Source: the human T2T-CHM13v2.0 reference genome, Homo sapiens. From it: DNA of 64,000 nucleotides. The notes under the pieces are model-generated. The model searched no databases. It saw only the letters and a list, made by a program, of their open reading frames with translations, and was not told the origin of the DNA. Below are positions 63,635 through 64,000 of this stretch, piece by piece. The first letter of the stretch is position 1; each line of letters opens with the position of its first letter. The translations under genes were made by a program, and so were the position numbers. The stretch lies in NCBI RefSeq assembly GCF_009914755.1, contig NC_060928.1. One strand, given 5' to 3'.

Positions 63635-64000
63635 GAGACAGAGTCACACTCTGTTGTCCAGGCTAGAGTGCAGTGGCACAATTTTGGCTCACTTCAACCT
63701 CCACCTCCCAGGTTCAAGCAGTTCTCCTGCCTCAGCCACCTGAGTAGCTGGGATCACAGGCAAGCACCATGGCACCCGGCTAATTTTTGTATTTTTGGTG
63801 GAGATGACATTTCGCCATGTTGGCCAGGCTGGTCTCAAACTCCTGACTTCAGGTGACCTACCCGCCTTGGCCTCCCAAAGTGCTGGGATTACAGGCATGA
63901 GCTACCACGCCTGGCCTGTATTTATACAGTGTTTTCTATTTGCTAGCTGGCTAGTCATTTCTGGCATTCTTCATTTTAAATTCTGCCGAATTTAAGTTAC

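Overview
Primate (human or very human-like) genomic DNA, not microbial. The window lies inside FAM193A (chr4p16.3 in human), on the + strand. Ten consecutive internal coding exons can be chained with canonical AG/GT sites and matching phases (20043-20176 through 57881-58060, 1598 nt with no stop); neither end of the gene is in the window. The rest is intron, dense with Alus (roughly 65-70 copies or fragments by eye), old antisense L1M pieces, hAT-Charlie DNA transposons, MaLR solo LTRs, L2/MIR and a Y3 RNA retrocopy. Almost all supplied ORFs are Alu-derived noise. I see no convincing new multi-gene system. The most unusual region is 2250-2960. It holds an inverted, unspliced copy of one alpha-adducin (ADD1) coding exon with both splice sites intact, and 230 bp away a second foreign 286-bp insert that splits a transposon end and carries a donor-like site on the same strand. 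Other notable items are several template-switch/fold-back scars within Alus and alternative splice or polyadenylation options around FAM193A exons. Gene and repeat names come from my recall of reference sequences, not from searches; repeat boundaries are approximate.
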